Source: Felis catus (taxonomy: Eukaryota). From it: a stretch of 64,000 nt of DNA. The stretch spans positions 233,432,001-233,496,000 of the forward strand of contig NC_058368.1 in assembly GCF_018350175.1 (NCBI RefSeq). Reading direction: 5' to 3'. The notes under the pieces were generated by a model, which saw only the letters and a program-made list of their open reading frames with translations, had not been told where the DNA came from and ran no database searches. Each line of letters opens with the position of its first letter. Position 1 is the stretch's first letter. Positions 24,123 to 37,355 of the stretch are shown piece by piece. A program made the translations under genes and the position numbers.

Positions 24123-26440
24123 GAAAATCAAATCTACTTTCAATGGACGTGAATGATTCTACCATTAAACTTCCTCCAATTTTTCTTTTCCCTCTTGGAG
24201 ATAAAACCAAAATGAAAGTGACTCTTTTGAAATGAGTATTAAAGAATTAATGAGCACTGATTACTGAAATGAGTCATGGAATAATTATCAAAGAATCTCA
24301 ATAGAAATAATAGATCTCATATTTAAGTTTATAATTTTGCTACTAATTTTGCTTAAGTAAAATACCACTATTCTTAATTTAACTTGGGCTAATGAAACAC
24401 ACTGATATTTAACTAACCTTTATTAGGAAAAAAAATCATTCTTATTGTAACAATTGCCTATGCCTGGTTTAATGTATTTAGTTTGGAAGATAAGATTAAT
24501 GAAACTACTAAAAATTGCAAAAACAATTCAGGCTTGATCATTTTTGGTCTTTGAAAGCAGCTTACATTTCTGATAAAGTTATTATATACGGCAGACAGAA
24601 ATGAGAGACTCAGCCTAAAAAAGAGAAGCCAATTAATAATTTAATTACAACTATTTAAATTCTGAGACTAGAGCCAGATTCAAGATTACGTGCCAAAGAG
24701 GGATGACATAAGGCAAGGCCCTCTTTTAGGCCAAATCTTCCCCCTTACTGATCCCTTCAAGGTCACAAATTCCTCTACTGTTAATTACTCATGCACTCAT
24801 TCATTCCTTCATTCATTAGTCATTTTTGTCCTTTTTTCAAAAAATATGAGGTAGTTTCCCCAAAATAAAACAGAAAAAATAAGAGGTCAGTGCATTAATA
24901 AATAAATGAGGTCATATTAGAAGTGAGAAGCATCATTATTCCAATGAAAATTCTTCATAAAGTATAACAAAATTATTATTTTTAGATAGATAAACTCATT
25001 ATCAAGGAAGAGAAAATACTAAATACACAAAGAGTATTTAAAAGCAGAGTGTGTAGGGGTATTGATGAAAAACAGCCCAGGAGGAACCAGGGGCTTATAC
25101 GTGCCTTGGAGTGTGAGATTTAATGTCTATGCTACACAAAGTAGGGATCTCTCAGGCATTTTATTGAAGGGAAATTGGAACTGAGTTCTTGAATAAAGTC
25201 AGAAGCCATGAAGTGCTATCCTACCAAGAAATAGGAAACAAAAACTATGCCCACCAGGCTGATAATTTTCAGGGAAGTTGACTAACTAGGGTGATGAGTC
25301 GAAACAAAGTCATCCTAAAATGAGATCCATGCTAAGGGGTTAGTCAAATGCACTAACCCCTTGTGTAGTGAAGGGACTTGGACCTTGAACTTACTTTAAC
25401 AAAATGCTTTGACTTGAACTAGTGAACCCCAGAGACAGCTTCTGGAGACTGAAAAACATATCATAATAATGCCTTTGCAACTCAGAGTATGAGATCACCA
25501 TGGACCCAAACCCTGGATGCTGGTGAGCTCACAGTTAAAATTACATACAATCTAAGGAGGCATGTCACTATGAGTCAAAAGATAGATCACACAGCAGAAT
25601 TCATGCATTTATACACCACCATAACAGAATGAAGGAAGTGCTATTTTCATGCAATATATTTATGATACTAATAAAGGAAAAGAAAAAAAAAGGAATCCTT
25701 AGGTAAAATACAGAATTATAAAGAAATTCAGATTTTAAAAAGAACAAATAGACTTCTTAGATATAAAATAATCATTGAAATTATACACGCGATGTGGATG
25801 AGGAAATCACCAGAATGACTGCAGCACAATGAAATAAAGAAGTGTAAACTTGGAGGAAAAATTCTAAGACCCAGTAAACATAATGAATAACACAATATAC
25901 AATTAATAAGATTTCAGGAGGAAAAAAGTAAGGATAGAAGAATACATAAGGTGATAATGTTAGAACTTCCAAGAACTAAGTAGAAATATGAATGTTGAGA
26001 TTGAAAAATCACACCTAGTCACTCAGGTAAATAAGAACAAATATACACTGGGAAATAATATAGTGAAGTTTGCAGGGGGCTGGGAAGCACACATGGAGTA
26101 AAGACAAATTATCTAAAAAGGAATATAATGGGATTGACAGAAAACATTTCATTAGCAACAACAGCTGCTGAAATTGATGTGATATCATCATCATAATAGT
26201 AAGGGAAAATGAGTTAACTTAGAATTTTATACCCAGTTAAACTACTATTGAAGAGGAAATGTGAAAAAGGTAGGTAAAAATATTTTAATATAAAGAAAAA
26301 AAAAGTAGGTGCTAATGCTACCCACAGACCTTAATAAAAGAAGTAATAAATGATATATATCAGCAAGAAGAGAAACTTGAAGAAATAACTTTTTAAAAGA
26401 TGGTGAAATAAATAAAGGGATTTAAGAGTATACCAGGAAA

Positions 26441-26646
26441 GGGGGCACCTGGGTGGCTCAGTTGGTTAAGCATTTGACTTCAGCTCAGGTTATGATCTTG
26501 CAGTTTGTGAGTTTGAGCCCTGTGTCAGGCTCTGTGCTGACAGCTCAGAGCCCGGAGCCTGCTTTGGATTCTGTGCCTCCCTCCCTTTCTGCCCCTAACC
26601 CATTCGTGCTCTCTCTCTCCCTCTCAAATAAGCATTAAAAAAAAAA
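26441..26646 (+). mobile_element. Can-SINE
   Basis: Full body; imperfect TSD aagagtataccag/aagagcacaccag. Confidence 0.93.
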
Positions 26647-26760
26647 GAGCACACCAGATAAGCACTGACAAATGTGTATAATTTTTGAATGATTATATTG
26701 TACACCTGAAGCTAATATGACAGTATGTTAATTATGCTTTAATTAAAAAAAGGCATTGAT

Positions 26761-26975
26761 GGGGCACCTGGGTGGCTCAGTTGCTTAAGCATCTGACTCT
26801 TGATTTCAGCTCAGGTCATGATCTCACAGTTTGTGAAATCCAGCTCTGCCTCAATTTCTGTTCTGATAGTGCAGAGCCCGCTTGGGATTCTCTCTCTCTC
26901 TCTTTCTTTGCCCCTCCCTGCTTATGCTCTCTCTCTCTTTCTCTCTCAAAGTAAGTAAATAAACTAAAAAAAAAA
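26761..26975 (+). mobile_element. Can-SINE (older type)
   Basis: Head, CT tract and A tail; sits after a short L1 3' tail (26660-26750). Confidence 0.92.
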
Positions 26976-27109
26976 TTGATGAAGAAATAAGCTGGTAAAG
27001 GACAAGAGCAAATCTAAATCAATACTGACTATAATTATCTGGAACAAAATCTCTAAGAAATAATTATGTAGAAGATACAATGATTAACTTCAGAATATAT
27101 TGAATGAAA

Positions 27110-27282
27110 ACTGTATATTACATACATACAGTTATATACATATGTGGTTATGTAAGTACATACATTTTAGATATGTATGCTGTATATAACTATGTGTGTG
27201 TGTATGGATGTGTGTGTGTATATATATAGACAGAGAGAGAGAAGAGAGAGAGGACACATGTGCACAAGAGAGAGAGAGAGAT
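27110..27282. repeat. Compound (TA)/(TG)/(GA) simple repeat
   Basis: Direct observation. Confidence 0.85.
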
Positions 27283-28130
27283 TAACTAGTAAAGGAAAAG
27301 AACAGAACAAAGAAAACTGAATCAATCCTTTAGAAGTTAGGAAGTGGGGAAGTACACCAAGAAAGGCAAGGTAATTGAAATGTAAGATGGCAGAAGTGAG
27401 TCCACATACACCAGCAATAAAATCAAACACAAGTGGAATCAAATCACATTAATACCGAAAAAATATCAGATCGAATAAATAAAAACCAAAATAAAAATCG
27501 ATGCTGTTCACAGGAAGTATACCCAAACAATAACGGCTTCAAGATCACAGAAACTTATCTACAGTAAACATATCATAGGATCAAATTTGCACCACCTGGA
27601 TCACGTGCACATGCGTGTTTACTGTTTTACGCTCTGTACTTTTCTGAATCTTTGAAATACTTCACAAGAAGAATCATTTAAAAAGAAAAAAGAAAGAAAC
27701 ATGAGGACACTAGCATGAAAATAAGAGGGCATTATAATACAACAGAAACATAATATAATATAAATGTGATACGAAACAAGCACAGAAAGTTCCAGTCTCC
27801 ACTCTCCCTCAGTGGAGCCCGCGGACCTACCCTGAGCTCTCCAACTGCCAACACAAAGAGGGAAGTGCAAACCAGCACAGATTTCAAAATGTTCCGGCTC
27901 AAAATCCAACTTGTTGCTCAAGAGAAACCCACTAATAATTGGTGATGATGCCCGAGACAACGAACTTCCGCGGATCCTCTTAAAGATACAGCACAACAGA
28001 AGAGAGGTAAGAAAAGAAACGCAGAGACGGAAGACATCTCCCTGATGCTCTCTGAAAAGTGCAATCCCACAAGTTATTTTCCTTGGTCCCTGGAAGTTTC
28101 TGGCTTCTTTGGCATCATCTTTTAAAGTGT

Positions 28131-28765
28131 CCCAGTAGTGGATTGCTGGGTCATAGGGTAGATCTATTTTTAATTGTTTGAGGAACCTGCATACTGTTTG
28201 CCAGAGTGGCTGCACCAGTTTGCCTTCCCAACAGGGCTCTGGGGTTGCTTTTTCTCAAAGAAAACAAACCAGATTAATTTGAAAAGATGTACACAGCCCT
28301 GTGTTTACTGCAGCATTGTCTACAATAGCCAAGATACAGAAGCCGCCCAAGTGTCCGTCGGTAGATGAAGGGAGAAAGATGTGATACATATACAATGGAG
28401 TGTTATTCATGCATAAAAAAATCTTGCCGTTTGTCACAACACGGATGGAGCTAGAGGCTAAGTAAAATAAGTCAGTCACAGAAAAACAAATACCATATGA
28501 TTTTACTCCTATGTAGAATTTAAAAGACAAAACAAACTAACAAAAAAAAAAAAAAGAGACCAAAAAAATAGACTTAAATACAAAGGACAAACTGGCGGCT
28601 GTCCAGGGGAAAGTGGGGGATGGGCGAAATGGGGGAAGGGGATTGAGTACACCTAGCGTGAGGGGCACTGAGTAATTACAGAGTTGTTGAATCATTATGT
28701 TGTGCACCTGAAACTCATAGAACACCGTATGTTAGTTATTCTTGAATAAAAATAAAGAAAAAACC
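28131..28765. mobile_element. Carnivore L1 3' end with inverted 5' segment (minus 28131-28256; plus 28257-28765)
   Basis: Minus piece encodes [24 protein letters not shown]; plus piece continues the ORF2 end, 3'UTR and A tail. Confidence 0.85.
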
Positions 28766-30329
28766 CCAAATGTATACTATGAAAAAGAATTACTTTGCAT
28801 AGTACGAAAACGGATGGTTGAAAAAGAAAAAACGTCCTAGTCACTTTCCTTTCTCCTAATTCCTTCCAGTGAGTGATAAACCCTGTCTTAATTATGATAT
28901 AGAAAATATAAAAAGTACTCATCCAATAGGAAGATGTAGAAAAATGAAAGAATTTTTCTACTTAGTAGTAAAAATAAGAGCCCACTTCCCTTGGTAATAT
29001 TTGTTTCACCTATATACTTTTTTAATGCCCTTCGGCTCTATGAGTCAGTAAGCTTTGGGTGTGCAGGCTCCGTTTTCTCTCCCAAGCGGCACAGGCCTGG
29101 AGCTCAGAAGCAGCTTAATTTGTTACTTTTTCAGAATGGGAAATGGATGTGTTGGCTTGGGGAACTTTCACGGAAGATTCTGTAAGCCCAGTAGAAGAGC
29201 TCATTTGGCCCTTGTATTTCAACGCTAATTTATGGGGGGTTGGGGAGGGAGGGAAAGTCACTAGGAACCTCTTCTAAAAGGAGGCAGACAGCTTGGAACG
29301 TGCATGTGTGTTATACTGTGACTTGTTATTACTTCCATAAATGCCTTCATATTGGCTTCGGGCCCGGAAGAACGTCCTCTGGGGTACAGAGGGGAAAGGC
29401 AGATCATTTCTCCCTAGTTTCCGCAACACCCTCATGAGACAAAATGCACTTCAGTCTCGGCAAGTCAAGTTGCCCCCAAATGCTGCTGAAGTTGAATGCA
29501 AACATGCAACTAGATCAGACTAGGTTGAAAATGGTTGCTTTGGCTTTTACAAAATTGCGATAAGCAGTAGAAGATTTGTCTTGAAAGTTTCTACATCCCA
29601 AATTATTGACAAACGGACAAGAGTTTTGTTTTCTTCGTTTCTCTTAGACCATAGAATGAGAACGAACCCATCACTTCAGAGACAGTTGGTTGACTCGTGT
29701 TGCACTCAGTAAGAAGGTGCAAGAGAAAGGCAACGTAGCAATCCCAGGTGACTGGATTTTCACCAACAGATGGGACCAGAAGGCCACCCCAAAGTGCGAA
29801 ATCTGGCTTGCTCAGTTTCTCCCCTCTGTCCCCAGGTGTCTCCTGGGAGGGGTGAGCTGGACAGGGACCCTATAACAAGCTGAAAGGGTGGCAGAGGGTG
29901 GACTTCAGGAAGAAAAAGGTAGAATCAGAACGGACAGGTATGTCAAGTGTGCTCAGAGTGGGTGTTGTCCTTTTAATACATAACGACGGTATTTATTTAT
30001 TAGAAACAACATCTAGACATTTATCTCTTTCTGGGTAAAGTTTCTTGGGCTACGTTTCTTACACTGGGCACCAGACTAATATGGAAATCAAAGTAAGAAG
30101 GTTAAATTTATTTTTTTAAATCCCTATAAATAGTGAATCAATACATCCATTTTGAAAATCCAGTATTATTGTAACTAAGCATGACACGTGGGAGCCACTT
30201 AGCTTCACTGCCCCCTCCCCATGTTCCCTCTGTTTGGAAATCTGCATCCTCTCTTATCCTTTCGCATAAGTAGCTCCGGTAGAAAGGTGCACCCAGTGAG
30301 AGTCCCAGGGGAGAACCACATGTACTTAC

Positions 30330-30427
30330 TTGGGTAATACCAGAATCTGCACGATAAAAATGCAGAACAATATGAGACACGCGCAGGTCACGTAATACTT
30401 GAACGCTGGCAGTGCGGTGGCTCGGTA
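30330..30427 (-). CDS. ADCY2: ADCY2 exon ~14 (98 bp): YRATALPAFKYYVTCACLILFCIFIVQILVLP(K); first helix of second TM cluster
   Basis: Acceptor ccctcag|, donor |gtaagt; peptide in ORF 30326..30514. Confidence 0.97.
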
Positions 30428-31109
30428 CTGAGGGGACAAGAAGGAAACCATGAGTGACATTCTCTGGGAGGGGCTGAACCAATCAGCCAGCAGCCTCCCT
30501 GTACCTGTTTTCATCAGACCCCTAAGTTACGATGTGCCGAGAAACAAGCCAGGGACACAGCCGTTCATCGCTGGCAATGAGTGCTTCCTCCCTCCAGCTG
30601 GGCTGTGAGAGCGTTTCTCCCCCCAAAACCAGGATTTTTATGAGAAAAACTGAGCAGCAAGGAAAGGCAGCACCTGACCACAGGGACCAGTGAGGGAACT
30701 GGTGGCATCACTGTGAGCGTGCAGGTGCCCGGGTCCCCTTGTCCACAGCTATGGGGGAAAGCAGGCGACTATCCACATATTTTACTTTTGAAGCGTACTG
30801 CGGACATGCACTTTGCTCATTTGATTTACTTTAGTGCTTTATGTTTATTATTTATCTCAATGCTACTCAGGGCCAGTGAGGAACTCTGCAAGACAGAGAA
30901 GGCTGGTGGGTTTTGTTCTAGCTCTATGCCCATTCCGTTTGCTTGTGTGCACCTGGCTGATGGAATCTTCTTCTGCAATGACTGGGTTCACATGGCTTTC
31001 TGTAGCATCCAGGACCATACACTGACCAGGGTGGCTGTCCGCCTGGGACCCCCTGCTTGAGTTATGCAGAGAAAAGCCAGCCAGCACTGCACTCATAATG
31101 GTGGTAGCG

Positions 31110-31590
31110 ATCTCTGTCACCTATAGCCCTGACGATGGCGTGACCGGCACTCTAAATGCGTTACACGCACCAACTCATTTAATCCTTACCACCGCCTAAG
31201 GAAGGAACTATTATTGTCCCTATTTTTGGGTGAAGAACTTCAGACCAGAATGGCTGGTTAACATTCTTTTTTTTTTTTTTTAATTTTTTTAACGTTTTTT
31301 ATTTTAGTTTTGAGAGAGACAAGAGACAGAGTGCGAGCTGGGGAGGGGCAGAGGGAGAGGGAGACACAGAATCGGAAGCAGGCTCCAGGCTCCAAGCTGT
31401 CAGCACAGAGCCCAACGCGGGGCTCGAACCCACGAACTGTGAGATCATGATCTGAGCCGAAGTCGGCCACTTAACTGACTGAACCACCCAGGCGCCCTCT
31501 GACTAGTTAACATCCTCGGGGAGACACAGCACATGGCAAAAATTGGGACAGACACTCAAACCCAGGGTCCCAACCACCAGGCTCTACTGC
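31110..31590 (-). mobile_element. MIR split by a SINE insertion
   Basis: ctcatttaatccttaccaccgcctaagg...tattattgtccctattttt; resumes after 31500. Confidence 0.7.
31266..31497 (-). mobile_element. Can-SINE
   Basis: Full body; TSD tggctggttaacat/tgactagttaacat. Confidence 0.95.
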
Positions 31591-32907
31591 CTCACAAAAG
31601 AGGGTATTCTCATAAAATTAAAGGAAAGAGCAGTTTTTGTGCCCACGCTCTTGAAACCTCCTGGCAATACCGGCAGGTTGCATTCACCGTATCTGCATAG
31701 ACTGTGCCCAAGTCGTGGGAAGTTCGAGTACACGTGGCTTGGGTTGAGCTGTGGGGTTTCAGTGCGGGATGATGGGTGTCTGGGTGGTCTACTGATGTTT
31801 CTCTTGCTTTATGTCTTACTGCCTTTGACCCCATCCTCCTGGCCAGAAGAGCAGGCTGGGGGGAGGTGGACAGGAAGGGAGCTTACATCCCAATGGCATC
31901 TACAATTTGCCTCAACGTTGGCTTCTACAAATAGGCACACAGGGAGAATGTCAGCAAGAACTGTGTTTTAAGATGACGATCGCCTTCTGTTTACTTGAAT
32001 ATTTTACTTGTGACTTAACAGGATAATTTACACGCTGGTGAAGAAGCGATATTCACATAATTGCGTAAGTGTGATTACATTTTTGCACTCGCTTGCACCC
32101 TTGTCTTTCACCTTCTTTTGGGCTGTCAAGATATGAATTGGAACTTCCTTGTGGTATTAGTAAGGGAAACGGACTTGAATCAGGCAGGAATCATTTCGCA
32201 TTTAAACGATAAGTAACCATCAGTATCTGTTCAAGTTATTTAAGGATAAAATGGTCGATAGTAATGATGAATTATGTCACATGTCAATTTGGTAAGCTGT
32301 CTGCAGTCAGTATGTTGACTTGGAAGCAGGCAATTGATCTTACTGACTGCTAACACAAAAGAAAGTTTAGGTGCAACTAGAAAATCCAACCCTGATGGAT
32401 TGTGGCTATTCTGTTCAATATCCATAAAGCAATGACCTGAATATTCTCAACAAAATTTTAATGCCAGTGCGGTGACCACTGACATTAATATAGTAGCTTT
32501 TGTTTGAACTAAGCCTGTAATTATATAGCCGGATGATAAAAATTGTCTCTAACTTGTTCCTTTTTCTAGACCAAAACAAAACAAAAGGCAAACGCAATAA
32601 AACCAACCTAGAAGAGGGGTGTTTTTTTGGGGGGTAGCAATTACTTAATACATTTTAGCAAATGCATGTTAAGCCTAACATGTAAAGCCCAAATACACGG
32701 GGCTTTTTTATTTGAGCCTATCATATCTCTTACTGGAGGGGTCACAAGGCAAAAGTATTTAGATGCAACGAACACTTAAAAGTTTGGCATTTCTAATTCT
32801 CCCAAACAGATGTTGAATGTAAATCTCATATTTTTGTTCAATGATTTGTGTAAAGAAGCTGTGCATTTATCAGGAAGGAACTTATTTCTGAGAAAATGTG
32901 CCACTGA

Positions 32908-33041
32908 AGGGCACCTGGGTGGCTCATTTCCTTAAGCATCCGACTTTGGCTCAGATCATGATCTCACAGTCTATGAGTTCGAGCCCCGTGTCGGGTTCTG
33001 TGCTGACAGCTCGGAGCCTGGAGCCTGCTACAGATTCTTTC

Positions 33042-33073
<32 letters not shown>

Positions 33074-33179
33074 CCCCTTCCCTGCTTGCTCTCTGTCTCT
33101 CTCTCCAAAAACAAACATTTAGAAAAGAAAAGAAAAGAAAAGAAAAGAAAAGAAAAGAAAAGAAAAGAAAAGAAAAGAA
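32908..33179 (+). mobile_element. Can-SINE with (GAAAA)n-expanded tail
   Basis: 18-bp TSD gagaaaatgtgcca[c/t]tga at 32890-32907 and 33180-33197. Confidence 0.96.
33121..33178. repeat. (AGAAA)n pentanucleotide microsatellite, about 11-12 units
   Basis: Direct observation. Confidence 0.95.
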
Positions 33180-33494
33180 GAGAAAATGTGCCATTGAGAA
33201 AGCCAGTCACTAGCTCCTGTCTCCTCCTTAGCCCGGTATCTCACACCCGTTGAAGATGGCACTGCCACCTGCAGGGCTGAGTTGGGTGCCCGGCCAGACA
33301 GAAACTCGGTAACAAGACACACAGTGCAACACCTTGTGCATGGAAGCAACACAGAAAAGGCTGTAAAAAGGTCTGATATAGTCCGAGGTGATGTCAGTGC
33401 TTCGTGCAGAAAACAGGAGCACAGTTTCATGAAAGGATTTTTAAAAACTCACATTTCAGGTAAAAAAGACTGGGGGAATAAAAAAGTAGCTTAC

Positions 33495-33564
33495 TTCTTT
33501 TTCTAGTATTTTATTGTAGAACAGGAGCGAGATTCTCTGAATGTCTTCAGACTTGAGCCACTGC
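33495..33564 (-). CDS. ADCY2: ADCY2 exon ~13 (70 bp): QWLKSEDIQRISLLFYNKILEKE
   Basis: Acceptor ttacag|, donor |gtaagc; manual translation. Confidence 0.97.
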
Positions 33565-34694
33565 CTGTAAATAAAAAGGACAAACATCATTAACCCAGCC
33601 CTCCAACCAATGAGCTGAAAAACTACTTTTTAAACAGTAACGGGCATCCTTCTTTCTTTATTGTAAATCATCCAAAACTGAAGTTAAAAAAAAAAACCGC
33701 ATGATGCCAGATCTCTGGATATGGAGTCTAGGAAGAAGGGGATGTGCAAATATGACACCCCTCTTTAGGAGTGACCCTCCTGGGAAAATTGGCCATTACA
33801 GTCATCATACCAAACTGAAACTCGTGGTCCCGAATTAAATAACTAGGGAAATAGGCCATCAAAAAGATTCAAGTACATCAATAAATTTATTTCCTGACAT
33901 TTTACTGAAATCAGATGGTAGTTTCATCCCCAGAAAAATTTGGTTCATAGAAAACTACTGTTTTTCTTAGCTTATAGCAAACAATACATGAGAGCATCAA
34001 AACCATTTAGGGTGTCCTCTGAGTTCCGGGAGGGAAGATCTTGCTTCTTTCGCACTTACTGAAAATACTTTCACGGTCATGTCTTTCATTTCCATAAAGT
34101 AAAAAAGTTTTGTTTGAATGTGGTGTTGAAAAATAGGTAAACATACTAATACATTAAGTGATCGGTTCAGGCCACTCGCATAGTACGTAGATGCAAATAT
34201 ATATATCCATGCAAACATGTGCGTAATACATATATATCCCTCAGATGTTGAAAAATAACTAAAAATCATATGAAAGTGTGCATTCTGACGCATGGATTGA
34301 CTTTTAGAAACGGGTTTCAAGAAGCCGGTTGAAATAGACGAAGAGCTTCAGGACAAAACTTTTCTCTAGGACGCTTTACACGCTTGCAAGTGGAAGAGCA
34401 ACACCAAGCAAGCCGGGCATGTGATCCATGCCTGGTACGGTCACACACTTGGAAATAAAATAAACGCACACTCGATGAAACAAAGCTGAGTGAAATACGA
34501 AGATACACATTCTTACATCCACGAGTACAGGAATGTAAGGAAAAATGGAAATCTACGTGCCGAGAAAAAAATCTAGAAATCGATACCAACAAAATACATC
34601 ACCAACTGGTTTGGGTCATTACACAGAGGAATTTACATTTCTACTTCCCTAGTTTTCTTAAATAAATACCTTTCTAATAAAAAAATAAACTGAG

Positions 34695-34905
34695 TTATGT
34701 ATACAGGCATTATAGATATGTGTGGATATATTATATGTGTGCATACATAATGCATATATAATGTATATGTGCATATATCTACAAGTGCGTATATACGTGT
34801 GTATATATAACGTATATGTGCATGTATCTACAAGTGCATATAACCATATATCTACATCTATACCTACGTATCAATATAGAGGAAGAGAGAGTATATATAT
34901 TTGAG
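34695..34905. repeat. Degenerate (TA/TG/CA) purine-pyrimidine low-complexity tract
   Basis: Direct observation. Confidence 0.8.
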
Positions 34906-36295
34906 GATATTAGGTATAAAACTATGCTTTACATAGGTTTCCAAAAACTGTTGTATCTGTTCAAGTAATTACCAATTCACATGAATTTCTCACTGTGGTT
35001 CTTTTGCAATCCATTGTGGCCTACGGATTTCGACTCCCTGAGGTATGTTTGGGGGCTAGGGATTTGAGGATCCAGGAAAGAAGGCCAAGTCAACGACTGC
35101 ACTTTACCTTGTAATCGGCAAGTCCAGCCGCCTACTGATTTTGGATGGCGGGGGGCGGGGGGGTGTCTCTAAATGTACATAGATGCTTCCCATCAGGGCT
35201 AACGACTGGTTAACCCAGGAGACCAGCACATTTGTCCAGGTCCTACCGGGACAGCCCTGTGTCCAGAACCTCGCACCACATGTGCACTGCGGTGAGCCTG
35301 ACTCACCCACAGATCTACGCTACAGACAGCGCACTTCCCAGCGAGGCACAGAGGTCAGTGATGCGTTCTAGAAATGGCGGCCGCTGAAAGTGAGAACCAT
35401 AAAAATGCCTTTTGGTGCAAGGCATAAGCTTTAGCTTTCAGGGAAACAGACTTTTCTGGGTATTTCTTATTACCGTACCAGCTGCAAGAAGCATGGTATT
35501 GTTCCGTTCGCGGAGAATGGCTGGAGAAATAAAAGGTTGGTTAAACAGCAAAAAGAGCAGAAAATAAAATCGAAGATAAATTTTAAGCATATTCACTTTC
35601 AGAACTGTGTGCTCGTTATGAATATCAAACCATGAATAATGTATGGAGGAAACGTATTCAAAATACCTTTTTTTTCCCTTTATTGAGAGAGAAAAATCTA
35701 ATTTCGAAGTGCCTCTGGGTAACCGCAGATTGGAAATAAAGTAAGAGCGAAATATATCAAGGAGAAGTAAAAGTAGCTCCCGGATGAACGGGGCCTCGTG
35801 TCCAGGGCTGGTTTCCGCTGCCTGCCTGTGTCCTGCGGGTGGACAGGAAGTGCTCCAGGCCAGGCCTCACTTCCCTGTGTCCCTAACACTTAACACCGAG
35901 TTTCGTCAGCCACGAGTGCTGGGTTCTTCTGACCTTTTCCTCGGAAGGAAGGAGAGTGTATTCTTCTCACAGGCTTTGCCGTCAGAGGGTCTCTGAGATG
36001 GCCTCAGCTCCCTTCACTGACGAGCAGGACACTCAGACATTTGTGTGATTTGCATGTTTGGAATAGGAAAGGTTAGTGGGGGCTGATAAGGTCAAATATG
36101 ATTTTTGGGAACTGGAACTACAAGAGAGGCAAAGAAGGGAAAAGAAAGGAAGAGAGAGGAACGGAAAGGGGAAAGAGGGAAGGGAGAGCGAATGTGTGTT
36201 TTACTTATGGGGTCCTGACATGGTTCCTGACCCAGGAGGCCTATGGGATGAAGAAAATCAACCCCACTCCTGGGCTATATAATGAGCGAGTCTCT

Positions 36296-36493
36296 ATTTG
36301 AAAAAATTTTTTAAGTTTATTTATTTTGAGAGAGACAGAGACAGAGAGAGAAGGAGAGAGAGAGAATCCCAAGCAGGCTCCATGCTGTCAGCGCAGAGCC
36401 CAAATTGGGACTCAAGCTCACGAACCGTGAGGTCACGACCTGAGCCAAAATCAAGAGTCGGCTGCTCAACCAACCGAGCCACCCAGGCGCCCC
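36296..36493 (-). mobile_element. Can-SINE (older type)
   Basis: gagaatcccaagcaggctcc...gagccacccaggcgcccc. Confidence 0.92.
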
Positions 36494-36744
36494 AAGTGAC
36501 TCTGAATTAATTTATACCAAGGTTTTTTTTTTTTTGTGTGTGTGTGTTTTTTTGTGCTAGGCCCAGCTCAAGCAAAGATTCAAGCAAAGATCCTGAACAA
36601 GATCCTGACTTGAATGAGGGGACTAAGTACACGTACATCCTTACCCAGAATTCTTCTGGCAAGTAAGCATGTAGGTTCTCACGGCAAAGAGGCCACTATA
36701 AAACAGAGAGAGGACCCCTTTCCTACGGTGATGACTGGAGGTTT

Positions 36745-37355
36745 CTATTTCCCCCCAATTTGTATGTTGAAGGCCTAACCTGAAGTGCAGCTGTATCTGG
36801 AGATGAGGCCTCTGTGGAGGTAATCAATGTTCCATCAACGTGGCCTGAATAAGGGTGGGGCCCTGATGGGAAAGAATTAACATCCTTATAAAAACAGACA
36901 CCAGTGGGGCGCCTGGGTGGCGCAGTCGGTTAAGCGTCCAACTTCAGCCAGGTCACGATCTCGCGGTCCGTGAGTTCGAGCCCCACGTCAGGCTCTGGGC
37001 TGATGGCTCAGAGCCTGGAGCCTGTTTCCGATTCTGTGTCTCCCTCTCTCTCTGCCCCTCCCCCATTCATGCTCTGTCTCTCTCTGTCCCAAAAATAAAT
37101 AAACGTTGAAAAAAAAAATTTTTTTTAAAAAGAGACACCAGAGAGTTCTCTCTCTTTCCCTGCACAGCCTCAGGAAAAGGCCATGTGAACACAGCCAGAA
37201 GGTAACCTTCTGCAAACCGAGGGGTTAACTCTCACCAGAACGCGACCACGCCGGCACCCTGATCTTGGACCTCCAGCCTCCAGAACTGTGAGCAGTAAAT
37301 GTCTGCTGTTTCAGTCACCCCCGCCGTCCATGGTGCTCTGTCACTACAACACCTC
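36745..37355 (+). mobile_element. MaLR solo LTR (MLT1A-like), interrupted by a SINE
   Basis: aatttgtatgttgaag...gcaccctgatcttggacctccagcctccagaactgtgag are MLT1 hallmarks. Confidence 0.88.
36906..37125 (+). mobile_element. Young SINEC_Fc-type SINE nested in MLT1 LTR
   Basis: TSD taaaaa[c/g]agacaccag at 36889-36904 and 37126-37141. Confidence 0.96.

Larger units (their letters stand above)
25480..27540 (+). mobile_element. Decayed old L1 (ORF1 to ORF2 start), interrupted by SINEs and simple repeats
   Basis: A-rich; tagaattttatacccagttaaacta (ORF1 C-terminal region) and gatgctgttcacaggaagt (endonuclease start) phrases. Confidence 0.7.

Noticed and set aside
27619..28215. Longest ORF in the track (198 aa, minus)
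   Set aside because: The N-terminus is an inverted L1 ORF2 fragment; the rest is low-complexity read-through with no recognisable domain.
33558..33568. Tandem acceptor acag|gcag at exon 13
   Set aside because: The second AG is 4 nt downstream and would frameshift; only the first keeps the AC2 frame.
36568..36610. Short tandem duplications (tcaagcaaagat x2, aagatcctga x2)
   Set aside because: Ordinary slippage duplications; no repeat-spacer array structure.
37320..37342. gccgtccatggtgctctg, partial RE1-like motif
   Set aside because: Mismatches in both conserved half-sites and lies within an MLT1 LTR end.
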